Positions 33,901-35,782 of a stretch of DNA of 35,782 bases are shown here, one piece after another; within the stretch, counting starts at the first letter, position 1; every line of letters begins with the position of its first letter. This DNA comes from Octopus bimaculoides. Taxonomy: Eukaryota. The notes below the pieces were generated by a model, which worked only from the letters and a program-made list of their open reading frames with translations, did no database searches and was not told where the DNA came from. Position numbers and translations under genes: made by a program. Location: positions 80,037,461 through 80,073,242 of the forward strand of contig NC_068987.1 in the NCBI RefSeq assembly GCF_001194135.2, written 5' to 3'.

Positions 33901-33974
33901 GTTTGAAAAGAAAAGGTTTATTACCTAAAGAGAAATGTAAAACTGAACTGTTACAGCCTGGTAATGTAGAAGAG
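33901..33974 (+). CDS. Linker exon of the bHLH-PAS gene
   Basis: Long pyrimidine tract + tatag| acceptor; (G)LKRKGLLPKEKCKTELLQPGNVEE|gtaact; phase 1 in, phase 0 out, matching both neighbours. Confidence 0.78.
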
Positions 33975-34291
33975 GTAACTGGGTTTATTATTTTCATTAA
34001 ACCTTAGCGTTTTACAGATCGTGAGCAATAATTTTGATAAATTTGCATTTAGTCGTAAGCTGCAAGACAAGCAATAATAATGTTAGTAATTAATTAAACA
34101 TAAAAAAATCTAATTAAAAGTATTTGTGATGAAAATTCATCTTTACTTTCATAAGTTATATGATTTTAATAATTTCGACAGGTACGGGAAAAAAAAACTC
34201 CAGGCAGATTTCAGTCTCACTATACCTCTTTAGCGAAGCATAGGAGTAGACTCGACGAACATGTGTCAATGATTCTCCTGGATCGCTACCT

Positions 34292-34292
<1 letters not shown>

Positions 34293-34346
<54 letters not shown>

Positions 34347-34352
34347 AATGAC

Positions 34353-34386
<34 letters not shown>
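34293..34386. repeat. (GAT)n(AAT)n microsatellite
   Basis: Read directly. Confidence 0.95.
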
Positions 34387-34388
<2 letters not shown>

Positions 34389-34758
34389 GAGTAAAGAGAA
34401 CCGTCTGTCATGAATGACCATGGGATTGCTATTAGAAAGTTACCCTCCAAGGCCTCGCAGGTGGGGCCCAGTTAGAATTTTCTTCAGGTCGAGTAGTCCA
34501 TCCCACTCAAAAGGTCCCTGAATAAGGTTTGTTTAAGGATGTTGAGCAAAACACCCATGTTTCCAAAGGTGAATTATTCAAACCCCAAAGAATTCCTCTC
34601 AATACATGGCTATCATGCTCCCCAACTACTTCTGCTCACGATCAGAGATGCACATATCGTCAGCCACCAAGGGTTATGTTCAACTGGTTAAGGTCAAACA
34701 ACTGAATTGTTTTTGTTCTAATTTTGTTGGTTTCTTTATATTTTTGTTTTTCTTTCAG

Positions 34759-34848
34759 TTGATTGGTGGGTTTTTACTGGTCATCACTGAAACTGGAAAC
34801 CTCATTTACACTTCCAAATATATCAAACGATACCTGGGATATAACCAG
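34759..34848 (+). CDS. PAS-A N-terminal exon of the bHLH-PAS gene
   Basis: tttttctttcag| acceptor and CAG|gtgagt donor; LIGGFLLVITETGNLIYTSKYIKRYLGYNQ fits the PAS-A pattern LDGFLLVV..DG.I.YVS..V..YLG..Q. Confidence 0.9.
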
Positions 34849-34912
34849 GTGAGTTGTTCCAATTATTACTTTTGCTGTTGCTGTTGTTATCATCATCATC
34901 TACTTTAGAATC

Positions 34913-35077
34913 ATTATTATTATTATCGTTTTGGTTTGGCTCAGGTTTCGTCTTATTCCGGGTACGATTTATGTGAGTAGCGTGTTACTATCTGCAACCT
35001 TAGGTACCCACAAGTTTTCTGCTGTCTTTCAAGTGCTTAGAACTCTTCTGACAATCTTTGATGTCCCTAAGAGGGAA

Positions 35078-35082
<5 letters not shown>
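34913..35082 (-). mobile_element. R4/Dong-like LINE 3' end (last codons, 3' UTR, (TAA)n)
   Basis: EVSLLGTSKIVRRVLST* at 35029-35082; the UTR ends in taataataat at 34913-34926. Confidence 0.7.
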
Positions 35083-35123
<41 letters not shown>

Positions 35124-35179
35124 ATTATTTTTAATATTATTATTCATATATAAAGCATTGAGGTAACTCCTCCAGAAGA

Positions 35180-35321
35180 TATAGAGCCAAATTAAAATAA
35201 GAGTGCCATTGTCATCTAGTGAAAGATAGTTCGACCTGTTGAACCTGTTAAAGATACTCGAGATGTCGAAATATCGTTCACTAGATGACAATGGGACTCT
35301 TCTTTTAATTTTGACTCTATA
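35180..35321. other. 142-bp hairpin/MITE-like inverted repeat
   Basis: Arms 35180-35235 and 35265-35321, e.g. agagtgccattgtcatctagtgaaagata vs tatcgttcactagatgacaatgggactct (2 mismatches in 29); TATA at both ends. Confidence 0.85.
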
Positions 35322-35470
35322 ATTATTATTATTATGTTGTTTTTTTTCTTCTTTCTTCAAATTTTCTCCCATTTCTCGCCGAGTGTTTTCTGTACACCTA
35401 GGGCAGAGAAACTCGTTGTATGCATTCCCAATTTACACACGCAAATTCATAGGTAAAACATGTATTTAAG

Positions 35471-35502
<32 letters not shown>

Positions 35503-35782
35503 GAATGGATGTTGTTTTCACAGCAATAATGCTCTTCTTAGTACATGAGTCGTTCCAGTTAGCACGATTTTTGCACTTCCTGTAGAGATGGTAAGCTTGG
35601 TATCATTTTCAAATAGGTTTCAGTACCTTTTTTTTATCATTCCTAGAGATCCTACAATCACTGGTATGGTAGTCGCCTTGAGGTGCCATATTTTTTCAAT
35701 TTCTATTAGCAAGTCTTTATATTTACTGATCTTGTCAAATTCTTTCGCCGCTATATTATGATCACAGGGAATACTCATGTCA
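35322..35782 (-). mobile_element. R4/Dong-like LINE 3' portion with restriction-like endonuclease domain, continuing beyond the window
   Basis: DMSIPCDHNIAAKEFDKISKYKDLLIEIEKIWHLKATTIPVIVGSLGMIKK/GTETYLKMIPSLPSLQEVQK/VLTGTTHVLRRALLL* (35518-35781, two homopolymer frameshifts); the UTR ends in (TAA)n near 35322-35338. Confidence 0.85.

Noticed and set aside
33960-33966. Alternative donor CCTG|gtaatg in the linker exon
   Set aside because: It is phase 1 and would frameshift the phase-0 PAS exon. The donor after 33974 keeps the frame.
34395-34705. GC-richer block that looks like an interspersed repeat
   Set aside because: It is probably a retroelement UTR, but there is no second copy or motif in the window to support a call.

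Overview
AT-rich, microsatellite- and SINE-dense animal genomic DNA from a gapped short-read assembly (N gaps at 657-666, 9122-9739, 10925-11392, 17780-17971, ~22387-22630, 27893-28190). The repeat content suggests an octopod cephalopod, but this is recalled similarity, not a search result. There are two host genes, both on the + strand. The first is a DUF229-family, alkaline-phosphatase-superfamily type II membrane protein with an uninterrupted CDS (5755-7689). The second is three phase-compatible exons (30967-31124, 33901-33974, 34759-34848) of a bHLH-PAS factor whose bHLH most resembles arthropod Methoprene-tolerant. The rest is a layered transposon landscape: at least five tRNA-type SINE families with shared modules, mariner and DUF4817-type Tc1/mariner relics, several MITE/foldback hairpins, R4/Dong-like LINE ends at (TAA)n, and two Penelope-like (PLE) relics. 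The most striking unannotated signal is six minimal type I hammerhead-ribozyme motifs from four sequence lineages. One lies in the 3' region of the PLE endonuclease ORF, three share a variant CUGUNGA core, and one forms the tail of a tRNA-headed SINE. All structures were folded by eye and none has been tested.
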